Assembly: GCF_051466325.1 (NCBI RefSeq) | Contig: NZ_CP195792.1 | Span: 2,083,980 to 2,147,979 of the forward strand | Length of the DNA: 64,000 nucleotides | Direction of reading: 5' to 3' | Origin: Planctomicrobium sp. SH664 | GTDB lineage: Bacteria; Planctomycetota; Planctomycetia; Planctomycetales; Planctomycetaceae | Shown here: positions 31,440 to 41,156 of the stretch, one piece after another | Layout: each line of letters starts with the position of its first letter | How positions within the stretch are numbered: the first letter of the stretch is position 1 | Program-made: the position numbers and the translations under genes | The notes under the pieces: model-generated | What the model was told of the DNA's origin: nothing | Seen by the model: the letters and a program-made list of their open reading frames with translations, nothing else | Databases searched by the model: none

Positions 31440-32561
31440 TTACAGGAGATTGACCACCTTATCGGCCAGCCCCTTCTCGCCGAGTGATTTCTCACCCAGA
31501 ACGATGCTGAGCTTACCGTTTGAGGCGATCTTCTCCAGGACTTCCAGTTCACGCAGACGCATGAGGACCGGATTGTCCGCCAGCAGCTTGGCCGTGTTGG
31601 CCTGGGACCGCATGGCGGCAGTTTCCTCGCGTCGCGAGATCAGGTTGGCTTCGGACGCCTTTCGGGCTTCCGTGACCTTGTTCATCAGGTCTTTCATTTC
31701 GCCTGGCAGAATCACATCCCGGATTCCGACCGAAGCGATTTCCAGACCCAGTTCGCCCGCCCGACGACGGACGTTCTCCTCGATCTCCTTCGCGACCCGA
31801 TCCTTGTCGGTCAGGAAGTTATCGAGTTCGCAGGCCCCGACCACTCCTCGCAGGACGAGCTGCGTTTCGCGGTAAAGTGCCTGTCGTACATCGTCAGTCT
31901 GGCTGACCGCCTTGCGGGGATCGACCACCTTGTAGGTTGCAACGGCATTCAGCCGCAGCGTGACCTTGTCGGCGGTCATGATCTCCTGACCTCCGATGTC
32001 GACCATCGATTCCCGCAGGTCGACTTCGACCACTTTGGCTTCTGATTGTCCCTTCCAGAAGGCGTACAGGCCCGGGCCCAACGTCTCCACGTACCGACCG
32101 TCGATGAACAACACTCCGGCCTTGTCCCGTTCCACCGTGCAGACGTCCAGCACCCGCGCAGACAACGGCGAACGGGTCACGACCTTCAGTTCCTCATGCA
32201 GAAACCGCACAGTCCGCGCATCGACCACCTCGACTCGGACAGCCTTCTGTCCCGTCCAGTAGGCATACAGGCCGGCAGGCAGGACATGGCTGAATCGGCC
32301 TTCGATCCAGACCAGTGCCCGCTCATGATCTTTCAGATCCAGAACGATAGCCCGGTCCTTCAAGACACCCGACTTGACAATCAGATCGAGTTTTTCGTGA
32401 GTCAGCCACGGATCCCGCTGCGAGACAGTGTCCATCCGGATCTTGCCGAATGGGTCGAAGAACCAGTGGACACCGGATGTCCGCAATCCCTGGAAGTCGT
32501 CTTCCCGGAACAGGAGTCCCATCTCGTAGCTGCGGATTTTGTAACGCTTGAGCAGAAACAT
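31440..32561 (-). CDS. SPFH / band-7 (stomatin-prohibitin-flotillin-HflK/C) domain protein
   Basis: C-terminal SPFH core, GQEIMTADKVTLRLNAVATYKVVDP...IASVGIRDVILPGEMKDLM. Two degenerate SPFH-like repeats precede it (LPAGLYAYWTGQ and LGPGLYAFWKGQ). Confidence 0.7.
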   Translation of the reverse strand: MFLLKRYKIRSYEMGLLFREDDFQGLRTSGVHWFFDPFGKIRMDTVSQRDPWLTHEKLDLIVKSGVLKDRAIVLDLKDHERALVWIEGRFSHVLPAGLYAYWTGQKAVRVEVVDARTVRFLHEELKVVTRSPLSARVLDVCTVERDKAGVLFIDGRYVETLGPGLYAFWKGQSEAKVVEVDLRESMVDIGGQEIMTADKVTLRLNAVATYKVVDPRKAVSQTDDVRQALYRETQLVLRGVVGACELDNFLTDKDRVAKEIEENVRRRAGELGLEIASVGIRDVILPGEMKDLMNKVTEARKASEANLISRREETAAMRSQANTAKLLADNPVLMRLRELEVLEKIASNGKLSIVLGEKSLGEKGLADKVVNLL

Positions 32562-33038
32562 GGTTGACCTCCCCGGCGGAGCCGGATTGTGCCGAGAGTT
32601 GTTTTGCCGGGCACAGACGGCAGTGGTGCGGCATCAATGCCACGTTGAATTCAGAATTGACACCATCCGAAGGCAGAGCGTTCGCCGATCACACGGACGA
32701 ATCGCGGAGTGCGTTTGCGTGAACGTCTTCAAGTCCTTCGGAGTGTTTCGGCTTTGAATCGCCCGCCGCAGTCTCCCGTGGGATTCTGCTTCGGAAGCAA
32801 TCCATCGCGTGGACACCCTTCGGATGCTGAGGAACAAACACGACCTTCACGCACTACAGGGCGTCGTGACGTGTTGCCGGGGACTGAACCGATCGCAGCG
32901 CCGAAGCGTCGCGAAGCGGTGCGCAGGCACCCGGTCCAGAATCGTCCGCCGGCTGATCCAACAAACGTCTGCCTCCTTCAGGCTTCATGGTCGGAAAGAT
33001 TTGTCACCTTTCCGTGGAGTCGGTTACCAGCCGACAGG

Positions 33039-33115
33039 TTGGTGATCGGTACAGGAGTCGAACCTGTGACTTCCAGATGATGAGTCTGGTGCTCTGACCG
33101 TCTGAGCTAACCGTT
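33039..33115 (-). tRNA. tRNA-Met (anticodon CAT; alternatively Ile2 if modified to lysidine), CCA encoded
   Basis: Hand-folded cloverleaf. D-arm GCTC/GAGC, anticodon stem CCAGA/TCTGG with loop CTCATCA, T-arm ACAGG-TTCGACT-CCTGT, then acceptor 3' strand ACCGATC, discriminator A and CCA. The 5' acceptor strand AAACGGT leaves mismatches at 1:72 and 3:70. Confidence 0.5.
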
Positions 33116-33220
33116 TCTGACGTCGCCGTTTCAGAACCCATTACGGAACAGGCAGTCCCGAACTCTTCCGAGTGGGCTGCATGCCGCTGGACGAACGACA
33201 TCAAGGAACCTTGCTTACAA

Positions 33221-33293
33221 AGAGACACTGGTGGGAGTCGAACCCACTTGAACCGGTTTGCAGCCGGTCGCCTCGCCGTCTGGCTCCGGCGTC
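33221..33293 (-). tRNA. tRNA-Cys (anticodon GCA), no encoded CCA
   Basis: Acceptor GACGCCG/CAGTGTC (one C-A mismatch), a 3-bp D stem as in other Cys tRNAs, anticodon stem ACCGG/CCGGT with loop CTGCAAA, T-arm GTGGG-TTCGACT-CCCAC, discriminator U. Confidence 0.6.
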
Positions 33294-33305
33294 GAAAACG
33301 AAATA

Positions 33306-33378
33306 TGCCCTTGCGAGGAGTCGAACCTCGTCTACGACCTTCGCAAAGTCGCGTGCGCTTCCCTCACACTCCAAGGAC
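33306..33378 (-). tRNA. tRNA-Arg (anticodon GCG by hand fold), no encoded CCA
   Basis: Acceptor GTCCTTG/CAAGGGC, D stem GTGT/GCAC, anticodon stem CGACT/GGTCG with loop TTGCGAA, T-arm CGAGG-TTCGACT-CCTCG, discriminator A. Total length 73 nt. Confidence 0.55.
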
Positions 33379-33723
33379 TGATCAATGAACTGCCCCGTCG
33401 AGAAATCGAATCCCGTCTCGCAATTCCGAAGACCGCGGTTGAATTCCATAGAATTCGTGCCTGCGTCCTCAAGAGATCGAACTGGAGAGCCCTGCCTGTC
33501 AGACCGATGTTGAGAGACCACGACACCCCGTGACACCGTCTCCAGACGGAAGGTTCTCACCTTTCCGCGAAATTTCGGCCGGAACTCTTGGCCAGCCGTC
33601 GTCAACACCGGGGCACAAAGCAGAAGAAGACGTTAAGTGCCAGCAATTCGAGCCCGCAGGTTGATCATCTTGCTCAGCGAACGATGGCGTGAGCCTTCGC
33701 TCAGACTCTCGCTGCAACCTGCT

Positions 33724-36666
33724 CTAAAAACCGCCCCCCACACCGGATGAGCGATTGAAGTCGACGTAGTTCTTCGACGGGATGAAGGTAATCATCCGCG
33801 CATCGGTCTGGCTGGCCGGTTCACCCGGTTGCCGCTGGAACCAGAGGTGGGCATCTTTTCCCAGCCCCCGCATCACCAGTTTGTCGTTCATCTGATCGTA
33901 TTCCGTAATGTCTGCCACGGCGCGGAAGAATCGCCCTTCGATTTCGGTCCCTTCTGAGGCGATCATTTTGAACATCGGAGTCGGGTCCTGACGAACCTGC
34001 TCGATGGTCAGCTTAGGGCATTTCAGTAGAACTCCGTTTTCCGCTTCGGTTGTCTTCTCCGACAACTGATCCGCCTTGAATGTGCTGAAGGCTTCCGCCA
34101 CGGGCCCGGACAGAACCTCCACTCGATCGAACAGTTCGATCAGATTCTGTTTTTGGTTCCCCGACATCCGGTCGAAGCGGACGCGGGTGTGCCGCCAACG
34201 GGGAGTATTTCGAACAGCGGGCTGATTGGCTTCAGCCCCCTGTGTACGAGCGAAGCGGGCGGTGTCAGCGCTCCAGATGTTGAACTCTCCCGGGCCTGCT
34301 CCTCCCATGTCTCCCGTGGCGTAGTCGAACTGAAACTGCGACAGACTTCCCTGACTGACGGTACTCAGACGGGTTCCCTCATATTGCAGCGTCTGGAACC
34401 GGACCTGGTGTTTGGCGAGGAGGCGTTCGAGAGTGGGAGGGGGAGCGTCTCGCTGGGGATCAATGAACGAGATTTTCTGATTGAGACGGGCGGAGAGACT
34501 TTCGCATTCGACCACCGCGGTGTTTCCGGCGGTGCCGTTCATGGTGCATTTCACCTGACCAAAGCAGCTGGCGGTCTGGCCATCGAAATCCATTCGCTCC
34601 CACCAGTAGACAGTGACTTCGGACGGCGTGCTGAGCAGCCGACCTTCGAGGTCGGTCGACAGGGGCATCCTGCAACTGCCGGGACCGAGAATCTCCACGC
34701 AGTTGTCGGCCCGTTTGAGGATCATCTGCCGATCCGCACTGATCCGGGCGGCTCCGAGTTGAACGGTGGCAGGCGTGATGGTTTCGCCACGCTCGTTGAT
34801 GGAACCGAACAGCGTCACCGTCTGCTGGACGTTCCCCTCATTCACCAGATCAACGGCAGCCCCTTTGAAATCGAGGGGGCCATCGACCTTCATTTCGCCA
34901 ATGGAAGAGGCCGTTTTCTGCTGCTGGGAGAGGTTGATATTTCCTTCGCCAATCCCACGACGCAGGTCAATGCGTCCTTCCAGCGGATCATGAATCACGA
35001 CCAGCTTGACCTGATCCCCCTCCATGACCCAAGGAGGATCTTTCTCGGAAGAATCGCTCCGATTGCCACGTCGATTCCGCTCCCGTTCCGTCTCCGGAGC
35101 GAGCGTCCCCGGTTGAATCAGGATATCGATCAGATTCGCCCGGTGAACTTCGAGCTGCGAGGAAATCAGCCCGATGTCTCCGCGAGCAAGCACACGGTGG
35201 AGGGGAAGCGGGCGGTTGAGAAAATTCGTGTTGGCCTGTTTCTCAAAAAGGCGTTTGAGGTCGATCCACGCCTGCAGATCTCCCGCTTCCACTCCGCAGA
35301 CTTCGGGGACGAGCACACGAATCTTGGAAGGAATCCAGAGTCGATGCAGTCCAGTGGCGGGATCGGGTTCCAGCTTGAGCCCGCCGGCCCAGATCCCTTG
35401 TGTGGGAGCGGTCTCCGGGCTGGTGGGATCCTGGAAGTCGAACTGGCCATTGCCGCGGCACTCCAGGCGTGCGAGCTGCTGGTCCTCCGTGTGGGTGATT
35501 TCGATATACGGAGAATAGACGTTGGCGCTCTCCCGTTTGACGTGCACCAGTTCATCATCCTGAAGGGTGATGGTGCGACGGGGAAGATCGTAGATCAAAT
35601 CCTGTGACTCGATCTGCAGCTGGTTCTCTTCGCTGAAGACCTTCACACGGGAGTTCCGCGAACGGTTTTGACTGGGGGTCGCCCGCAGCTTGCGGAACGT
35701 CAGCCCTTCGAACAGCGATTTCATCTGCTGCTGAGGTTGACGATCCATGTTTTCGGATGTTGCCTGATCGAACTCCAGCCCCAGCCAGCCGCAGTTGAGA
35801 CGATCGGTGAGTGTCGACTTCTCTTTGGGGTAGGTGCGGGTAATCTCCACCTGTGAGGCGAACTCCGCGACATGTCGCGCGGTGTCGTAGGAGAGCGATC
35901 CACTGACGACATGGACGTGAAACGGTGTCTGATTCTGTTTGTACTGCAGGTCGAGCACGACATCACGCCGCAGCAACATACCGGCGACTCCCGACACCCG
36001 CGGAAGCGTATCACCCAGTGATCCGGTCGGGTCCGGGATCAGAGAGACATCCAGGCCGACGGCTGTCCCCGCCAGCTGGAGCTCGCTTTTCTCACTCGGG
36101 CCATATCGGAATTTCACGGGACCGTCGCTGTAGAGGTGCGCCGGGTCCTCGGTAAAGATGAAGTTCTCTCCGGCAATCGCCAGATTGTCAGGTCCGTCGA
36201 TCGTCACCGCGCCGTCGAGCTTGATTCCCAGAATGCGGCCCGCTTTGTCGCCGGCGAGGCTAATCGCCTGACCGAAGAACGGGTTTTCAAAAGTGATTCG
36301 ACCCGTCTGGGCAATCATCCGGTAGGGAGCAGCATCGGGGCGTTTGGGGTCGTGCCAGAGGAGAGCGATGGGGGTCAGCTGGACGCTACGGCGGTCTGCC
36401 TGATGGCGGTCATACTTCTGTGTGAAGAAGAACAGAGACTCCTTCTGCATCACCTGCACGTCCTGAGACTGTGTCCAGGGTGCATCGGCAAAGTGCCGCG
36501 AAGCGACTTCGGTAATGATCGCCGGACGAGAGGTCGACTCGGGCAGCACAGCAGGAGGAGCCTGAGTGACCGCTTCGCCAATCTGGGCCACCACCGTCAC
36601 TTTGTAGAGCTGATACGCGCCGATCAGCCCCAGCAGTGCGACTGTGGTGATGACCCAACGGCTCAT
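33724..36666 (-). CDS. Giant N-terminally membrane-anchored periplasmic protein (function unknown; candidate envelope-spanning Lpt/AsmA-like protein)
   Basis: 980-aa ORF with N-terminal transmembrane anchor MSRWVITTVALLGLIGAYQLY. The rest is predicted beta-rich with no recognisable catalytic motif. It is co-oriented with kdsD, 43 bp downstream. Confidence 0.7.
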   Translation of the reverse strand: MSRWVITTVALLGLIGAYQLYKVTVVAQIGEAVTQAPPAVLPESTSRPAIITEVASRHFADAPWTQSQDVQVMQKESLFFFTQKYDRHQADRRSVQLTPIALLWHDPKRPDAAPYRMIAQTGRITFENPFFGQAISLAGDKAGRILGIKLDGAVTIDGPDNLAIAGENFIFTEDPAHLYSDGPVKFRYGPSEKSELQLAGTAVGLDVSLIPDPTGSLGDTLPRVSGVAGMLLRRDVVLDLQYKQNQTPFHVHVVSGSLSYDTARHVAEFASQVEITRTYPKEKSTLTDRLNCGWLGLEFDQATSENMDRQPQQQMKSLFEGLTFRKLRATPSQNRSRNSRVKVFSEENQLQIESQDLIYDLPRRTITLQDDELVHVKRESANVYSPYIEITHTEDQQLARLECRGNGQFDFQDPTSPETAPTQGIWAGGLKLEPDPATGLHRLWIPSKIRVLVPEVCGVEAGDLQAWIDLKRLFEKQANTNFLNRPLPLHRVLARGDIGLISSQLEVHRANLIDILIQPGTLAPETERERNRRGNRSDSSEKDPPWVMEGDQVKLVVIHDPLEGRIDLRRGIGEGNINLSQQQKTASSIGEMKVDGPLDFKGAAVDLVNEGNVQQTVTLFGSINERGETITPATVQLGAARISADRQMILKRADNCVEILGPGSCRMPLSTDLEGRLLSTPSEVTVYWWERMDFDGQTASCFGQVKCTMNGTAGNTAVVECESLSARLNQKISFIDPQRDAPPPTLERLLAKHQVRFQTLQYEGTRLSTVSQGSLSQFQFDYATGDMGGAGPGEFNIWSADTARFARTQGAEANQPAVRNTPRWRHTRVRFDRMSGNQKQNLIELFDRVEVLSGPVAEAFSTFKADQLSEKTTEAENGVLLKCPKLTIEQVRQDPTPMFKMIASEGTEIEGRFFRAVADITEYDQMNDKLVMRGLGKDAHLWFQRQPGEPASQTDARMITFIPSKNYVDFNRSSGVGGGF

Positions 36667-36709
36667 GACAAGCTCCTTCTGACTCGCAGCGCTGACGTGG
36701 GTGGGCGGA

Positions 36710-37690
36710 TTAATCGCCGGAGTCGGTCGGGAGCCAACCGATCACGTCGGTGATGTCGATCAGGCCAACGATTCTGCGCTGATCATCCACCACCGGCAGT
36801 TCGCTGATCTTTCGCTCTGCCAGCAGGTCGATCACATCCGAGAAGATGGCGTTGTCGCGGACGGCGAGGGGGTTTTTGGTCATCACGGTGGCAATCGGCT
36901 GGTCGAGGACGCTGTCCTGCCGGGTTTCCAGCAGTCGGGCCAGATCGCTGTCGGTGAAAATGCCGGTGAGAGACTGATCGACGGCCATTAACAGCACCGC
37001 GCCGCTCCGCCGACCGGGACGGGCTGCCTGGGTAATGACTTCCCGCACCGTGGCGGAATCAGTGGCGATTCGCAATTGGTCGCGCGGCCGCATGATCTGC
37101 GTGACCGGCTTCAGTTTTTGCCCCAGACTCCCGCCGGGATGAAACTTCGCAAAGTTCTGCGGGGAGAATCCGCGTGCTTCGCTGGCAACGAGTGCCAGTG
37201 CATCCCCGACAGCCAGCATCGACGTTGTACTCGTGGTCGGGGCCAATCCCCACGGACACGCTTCACGGACCGGGCCGATTTCAATCACCACATCGGAATG
37301 CGAGGCCAGCGAGTTCTGATCGGTCGCGGTGATGGCGATGATGCGGACTCCCATTGACCGGATGGTGGGAAGAATCGCGAGGATTTCTTCGGTTTCACCG
37401 CTGTTCGAGAGGGCGAGCAGAATGTCGTTGGCGTGCAGCGATCCGAGGTCGCCATGAACCGCTTCCGCGGGATGCAGGAAATGAGCTCGCGTGCCGGTCG
37501 AGGAGAGGGTGGCAGAAATTTTCTGACCGATGAGTCCTGCTTTTCCCATCCCGCAGACGATGACACTGCCCGTGCAACCGAGCAGCATGTCGACGGCCAC
37601 GCAGAAACTGGCGTCCAGTTGACGCGACAGTGTCTGCAGAGCTTCGGCTTCCTGCCGGATAATTCCCCGACCGGAGCGCAGCTGCTCCAT
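36710..37690 (-). CDS. kdsD: Arabinose-5-phosphate isomerase (KpsF/GutQ/KdsD family: SIS domain plus tandem CBS domains)
   Basis: SIS motif VIVCGMGKAGLIGQKISATLSSTGTRAHFLHPAEAVHGDLG...LLALSNSGETEE and C-terminal CBS pair. Start set at MEQLRS inside ORF 36710..38122, which gives about 327 aa, typical of KdsD. Confidence 0.85.
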   Translation of the reverse strand: MEQLRSGRGIIRQEAEALQTLSRQLDASFCVAVDMLLGCTGSVIVCGMGKAGLIGQKISATLSSTGTRAHFLHPAEAVHGDLGSLHANDILLALSNSGETEEILAILPTIRSMGVRIIAITATDQNSLASHSDVVIEIGPVREACPWGLAPTTSTTSMLAVGDALALVASEARGFSPQNFAKFHPGGSLGQKLKPVTQIMRPRDQLRIATDSATVREVITQAARPGRRSGAVLLMAVDQSLTGIFTDSDLARLLETRQDSVLDQPIATVMTKNPLAVRDNAIFSDVIDLLAERKISELPVVDDQRRIVGLIDITDVIGWLPTDSGD

Positions 37691-38346
37691 CTGATTAAAC
37701 GGGATGACTGATTTTTCCGCAGCGCTCACCGGGGCATCCTGCACGAGGTCTGAAGCGGAGCGATGCTTCCTGCATCGCAGCAAGGGGTAGTGTACCCCCG
37801 GTTGGAAAAAATGGTCAACGGGGATTCCGCAGTGGCTGGAGTCGGAGGAGGGCTGTCTGCCTGCAGCGTAAACTGCATGCGGGTAGCGGCTTGTGTCGAA
37901 TCTGCGGGCGGGGTGGCCGGGGTCACGGCTGGCAAACCGGTGCGCCCCCTGTCGCGGGAAGAAAGCCTGCGGTTGGCGGAGGCGACGTTGATCCCGGAGA
38001 AGTGACTTGCAAGAATAGCCGACTTCCCGATGAATTTCTGACGTATCTCCGTTTTGGAAAGTCGATTCCGATGCCACTGAAGGAACATGTGTTACAACGG
38101 CAACTGGCCCGCGCTCAGGCACATCTGAGCACGGTCGAAAAGCGAATGGAAAAGGTCGAGCAGCGCAAGCATGCCAAATGGCGCCGGGCTCAGGCCCGGA
38201 TCGATCAGATTCAGGCTCGGCTCGCTAGCCGGGCTGGTTCCGCCGGCAGCGGAGAAGCCGCTGCGGAAGAGGCTTGATGACGCAGTCGGCTGCGGGGAGT
38301 CGTCCGCTTTGACGACTCCCGCAAGACCTCACTCGAGGTTCACATC

Positions 38347-39285
38347 TCAGTGTCCTGGCTCGCCGGTCGGCTGAGGCAGAATCCCGAGGTCATCTCTCAT
38401 CCACTCAATGCAGCGCAGGGGCCACTTCCCGAAGGGAATCCCATTGCGGGAACTCATCCCCCCTCCGTGGACACCCTTTCCGTAAATGTGCATCTCCACC
38501 GGAATTTTCGCTTCGAACAGGGCGTTGTAGAACTCGACCGTCTGTCGCGCATGTGAGGCATCGCCGATTCCCGGGCAGACAAGAAACGTCGGCGGAGCAT
38601 CAGACGGAATCTTGCTGAAGTCCCACGGTTTCCATCCCGGATAGATCAATATCGAGAAATCGGGTCGGGAACTCACCCGGTCAAGCGGGTCAACAGCGTC
38701 GGGGTTACCGGGCCGGTAATTGACTGTAGCACGTGCCCCCTGTGCTCCTCCGGCGGAAAATCCCAGGATTCCGATCTTGTCGGGGTCGACACCCCAGGCT
38801 TTGGCATGGGCGCGGACCATCTGCATCGCCCGGAGCGTGTCCGCCTGCCCTTCGACACCCGCCTCGTAGGGCTGGATCCGGTAACGCAGAACAAATGCCG
38901 TGATTCCCTGTGAGTTCAGCCAGCGGGCGGGCTCATGCCCTTCTGATGAGATCACGATCCGGCGATTGCCCCCGCCCCCCGCCACGATCACGCCGATGCC
39001 AGTCCGCTTGTCATCGGGTGCCGGCCACACTTCAATCGACGGGTTGTGAATGTTCTCCACAGCCTGGACTTCATCCGGGACGTTCTTCCTCATCGTCAGT
39101 TTTTCAGCGAGGTCCGTTCCCCGCACGACCAGCTTCTCGGGGGGCCACAGAAGGACAACCTGTTTCCCGGGAGCGAGGGGGCGCGGCACTTCGACTGCAA
39201 CGGCCTGCCCAAACGCCATTCGGCTGACAAGTGTGACGAGAGTCAAGACGCTGAACTCGATTCGCGAACAACGAGCGCGGAGCAT
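38347..39285 (-). CDS. Secreted alpha/beta-hydrolase (esterase/lipase fold)
   Basis: Signal peptide, oxyanion-hole motif HGGG and nucleophile elbow GFSAGG (GxSxG). Confidence 0.7.
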   Translation of the reverse strand: MLRARCSRIEFSVLTLVTLVSRMAFGQAVAVEVPRPLAPGKQVVLLWPPEKLVVRGTDLAEKLTMRKNVPDEVQAVENIHNPSIEVWPAPDDKRTGIGVIVAGGGGNRRIVISSEGHEPARWLNSQGITAFVLRYRIQPYEAGVEGQADTLRAMQMVRAHAKAWGVDPDKIGILGFSAGGAQGARATVNYRPGNPDAVDPLDRVSSRPDFSILIYPGWKPWDFSKIPSDAPPTFLVCPGIGDASHARQTVEFYNALFEAKIPVEMHIYGKGVHGGGMSSRNGIPFGKWPLRCIEWMRDDLGILPQPTGEPGH

Positions 39286-39413
39286 CGTTCATCCTCGGGA
39301 ATAGGGTGGAACTATGAGGCAGGACGCAACGGGCACTGCCTGAACAGGCAACTCTGCAAATTCAGGCAGTGATCAGGAGGTCGTGATCACGAGGCAGTTG
39401 TTTTCCGCGTCAG

Positions 39414-39980
39414 TCAGTTTGCTTCGTAGGGAGTTTCTTTTTCCGCGGAGGCACCGATCGACTGACGCAACGCCTCGGCCGCAGCAGCGACCGTCTTTTC
39501 AGGTCCGGTCAGCTTGAGGAAGAAATTGCCGTGATCGGGAGTCTGCAGCATGACGCCGATCATCTTGTAACCGGGAGCCGGCTTGGTCTTCATCGCCATC
39601 GGAGGGCCATCCGGTTTTTTGTAGGTCCCAGTGAGGTCCGCTAGAATGTAGGTGCCCTGTTCGCACTTTCCCTGCGTCATCTTGGCGGCGCGTCCGGTCG
39701 CTTCGAATTGCTCGACCCAGCGCCCGATATTGGCAGCCACGGTCCCGCCGAACGGACCGGAGACCACCAGTTCTGCCGGTTCACTGTCCCCCTCCACCGG
39801 ATCGATCGCAAATTGAGCCAGCCGGAAGTTGGAACTCAGTTGTTGCTGCTTCCAGCTCTTGGGGACGTTGAGAGAGATATCCTTGGCTTTCACGTTGACG
39901 GTCTCTTCGGCCTGAAGGGCCAGCGGGAGAGCCAGAACTGCAATCAACGCGACAGCACGAACGCGGTCTAGAGCCAGCAT
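39414..39980 (-). CDS. Hypothetical secreted protein
   Basis: Signal peptide VALIAVLALPLALQA. 188 aa. No recognisable domain. Confidence 0.5.
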   Translation of the reverse strand: MLALDRVRAVALIAVLALPLALQAEETVNVKAKDISLNVPKSWKQQQLSSNFRLAQFAIDPVEGDSEPAELVVSGPFGGTVAANIGRWVEQFEATGRAAKMTQGKCEQGTYILADLTGTYKKPDGPPMAMKTKPAPGYKMIGVMLQTPDHGNFFLKLTGPEKTVAAAAEALRQSIGASAEKETPYEAN

Positions 39981-40057
39981 GAGGCAACCTGTCAGTTAGA
40001 AAGGGCCGGGAGGAATTTGGTCTCGCCTGTTGATTGTTGAGTGCGGAGACCTGCATT

Positions 40058-40609
40058 TCAATCGTGGAGACCGGCACCGCCCAGATTCAGGTCGGGGCGC
40101 GGCACAAGTTGATCCCGCCCGGGACTCAAGAGGGCCAGTTCCCCAAGTGTGTGTCCGGTGAGTGGGACCCAAAAGTTCGCATCCAGTTCAGCCAATGGAA
40201 CCGCCAGGAATGGCCGGTCCCTGATTGCCGGATCGGGAATTGTCAGGAGGGGCGTGGACACGACAACGTCTTCATAGATTGCGATGTCGAGATCGATCGT
40301 CCGGGGAGCATTCTTATTGTCGGGATCACGCACCCGACCGAGGTCCGACTCAATGCGACGCAGCAGGCTGTGCATTCGTTCGGGGGGGAGATCCGTGGTC
40401 AGCAGCACCGCCGCATTACAGAAACGGGCTTGCTGCAGATAACCGACAGGCTCCGACTCCCAGACCGAAGAGACTTTCAGAACCCTGGCGATCGACCGGA
40501 GTTTGCGGACAGCGGCGGGGAGGTGTCTCTCCGGATCGATATTGGATCCGAGAGCGACAAACACCCGGGATTCGCCGAGGATCGACTCAGTCATGGCGGC
40601 TGCGCTCAA
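40058..40609 (-). CDS. folK: 2-amino-4-hydroxy-6-hydroxymethyldihydropteridine pyrophosphokinase (HPPK)
   Basis: VFVALGSNIDPERHL...IDLDIAIYED motifs of HPPK. It overlaps the upstream folB by 23 bp. Confidence 0.85.
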   Translation of the reverse strand: MSAAAMTESILGESRVFVALGSNIDPERHLPAAVRKLRSIARVLKVSSVWESEPVGYLQQARFCNAAVLLTTDLPPERMHSLLRRIESDLGRVRDPDNKNAPRTIDLDIAIYEDVVVSTPLLTIPDPAIRDRPFLAVPLAELDANFWVPLTGHTLGELALLSPGRDQLVPRPDLNLGGAGLHD

Positions 40610-40946
40610 TCTGAACCCCCACCGTCCGGGCGAAACGGAGGGCTCCCGGCTTCTCGACGGTCACCCAGACCCGCTGGACCCGATCATTCTTCAGGCACGT
40701 GGCGGCGATCGCTTCCGCGAGACGTTCCACCAGCAGAAAACTGGATCCTTCCACAAGTTCGATGATCTGCTTGCACAATGTTCGGTAGTTCAATGTCTGT
40801 GCGATGTCATCGCTTTCACCGGCGGCGCGCAGATCGGTTTGCAGGCGGAGGGAAATGACGACATCCTGGCGGTTCTCCCGTTCTTCGGGATTGATCCCGA
40901 TGATGGTGCGCAGCAGCAGGTCTTTGATCTCAATGGAATCGGGCAT
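40587..40946 (-). CDS. folB: Dihydroneopterin aldolase
   Basis: IKDLLLRTIIGINPEERENRQDVVISL...LVERLAEAIAA, the FolB fold at 119 aa. It forms an operon with folK. Confidence 0.85.
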   Translation of the reverse strand: MPDSIEIKDLLLRTIIGINPEERENRQDVVISLRLQTDLRAAGESDDIAQTLNYRTLCKQIIELVEGSSFLLVERLAEAIAATCLKNDRVQRVWVTVEKPGALRFARTVGVQIERSRHD

Positions 40947-41156
40947 GTCGGGTTCCAGTTGTCGAGCGATTCAGGCCTTTATACCCGTTGCGGGAGTGAA
41001 CCTCAAATTTCGTCCGCCGTGGTGACAACAATCGAACCAAAATTCGCCAATTGACCCCGATCGCAGACGAAGTTGCCCCGCCGGCAGGGCGGGGGAAGTT
41101 GACCTGACCGGGTGTGCGGGTACACTCGCTGCTTCGTCACCCACCGAGGAAGAGAG

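Noticed and set aside
33440-33545. A fourth possible tRNA (TTCGA-containing stretch CTCCAGTTCGATCTC) upstream of tRNA-Arg
   Set aside because: No combination of acceptor, D, anticodon and T stems can be paired by hand. It also contains EcoRI-like palindromes (GAATTCTATGGAATTC). It is more likely promoter or leader sequence for the tRNA cluster.
34153-35607. 484-aa plus-strand ORF
   Set aside because: It lies inside, and antisense to, the 980-aa giant gene, which has a proper TM anchor and consistent GC3 bias.
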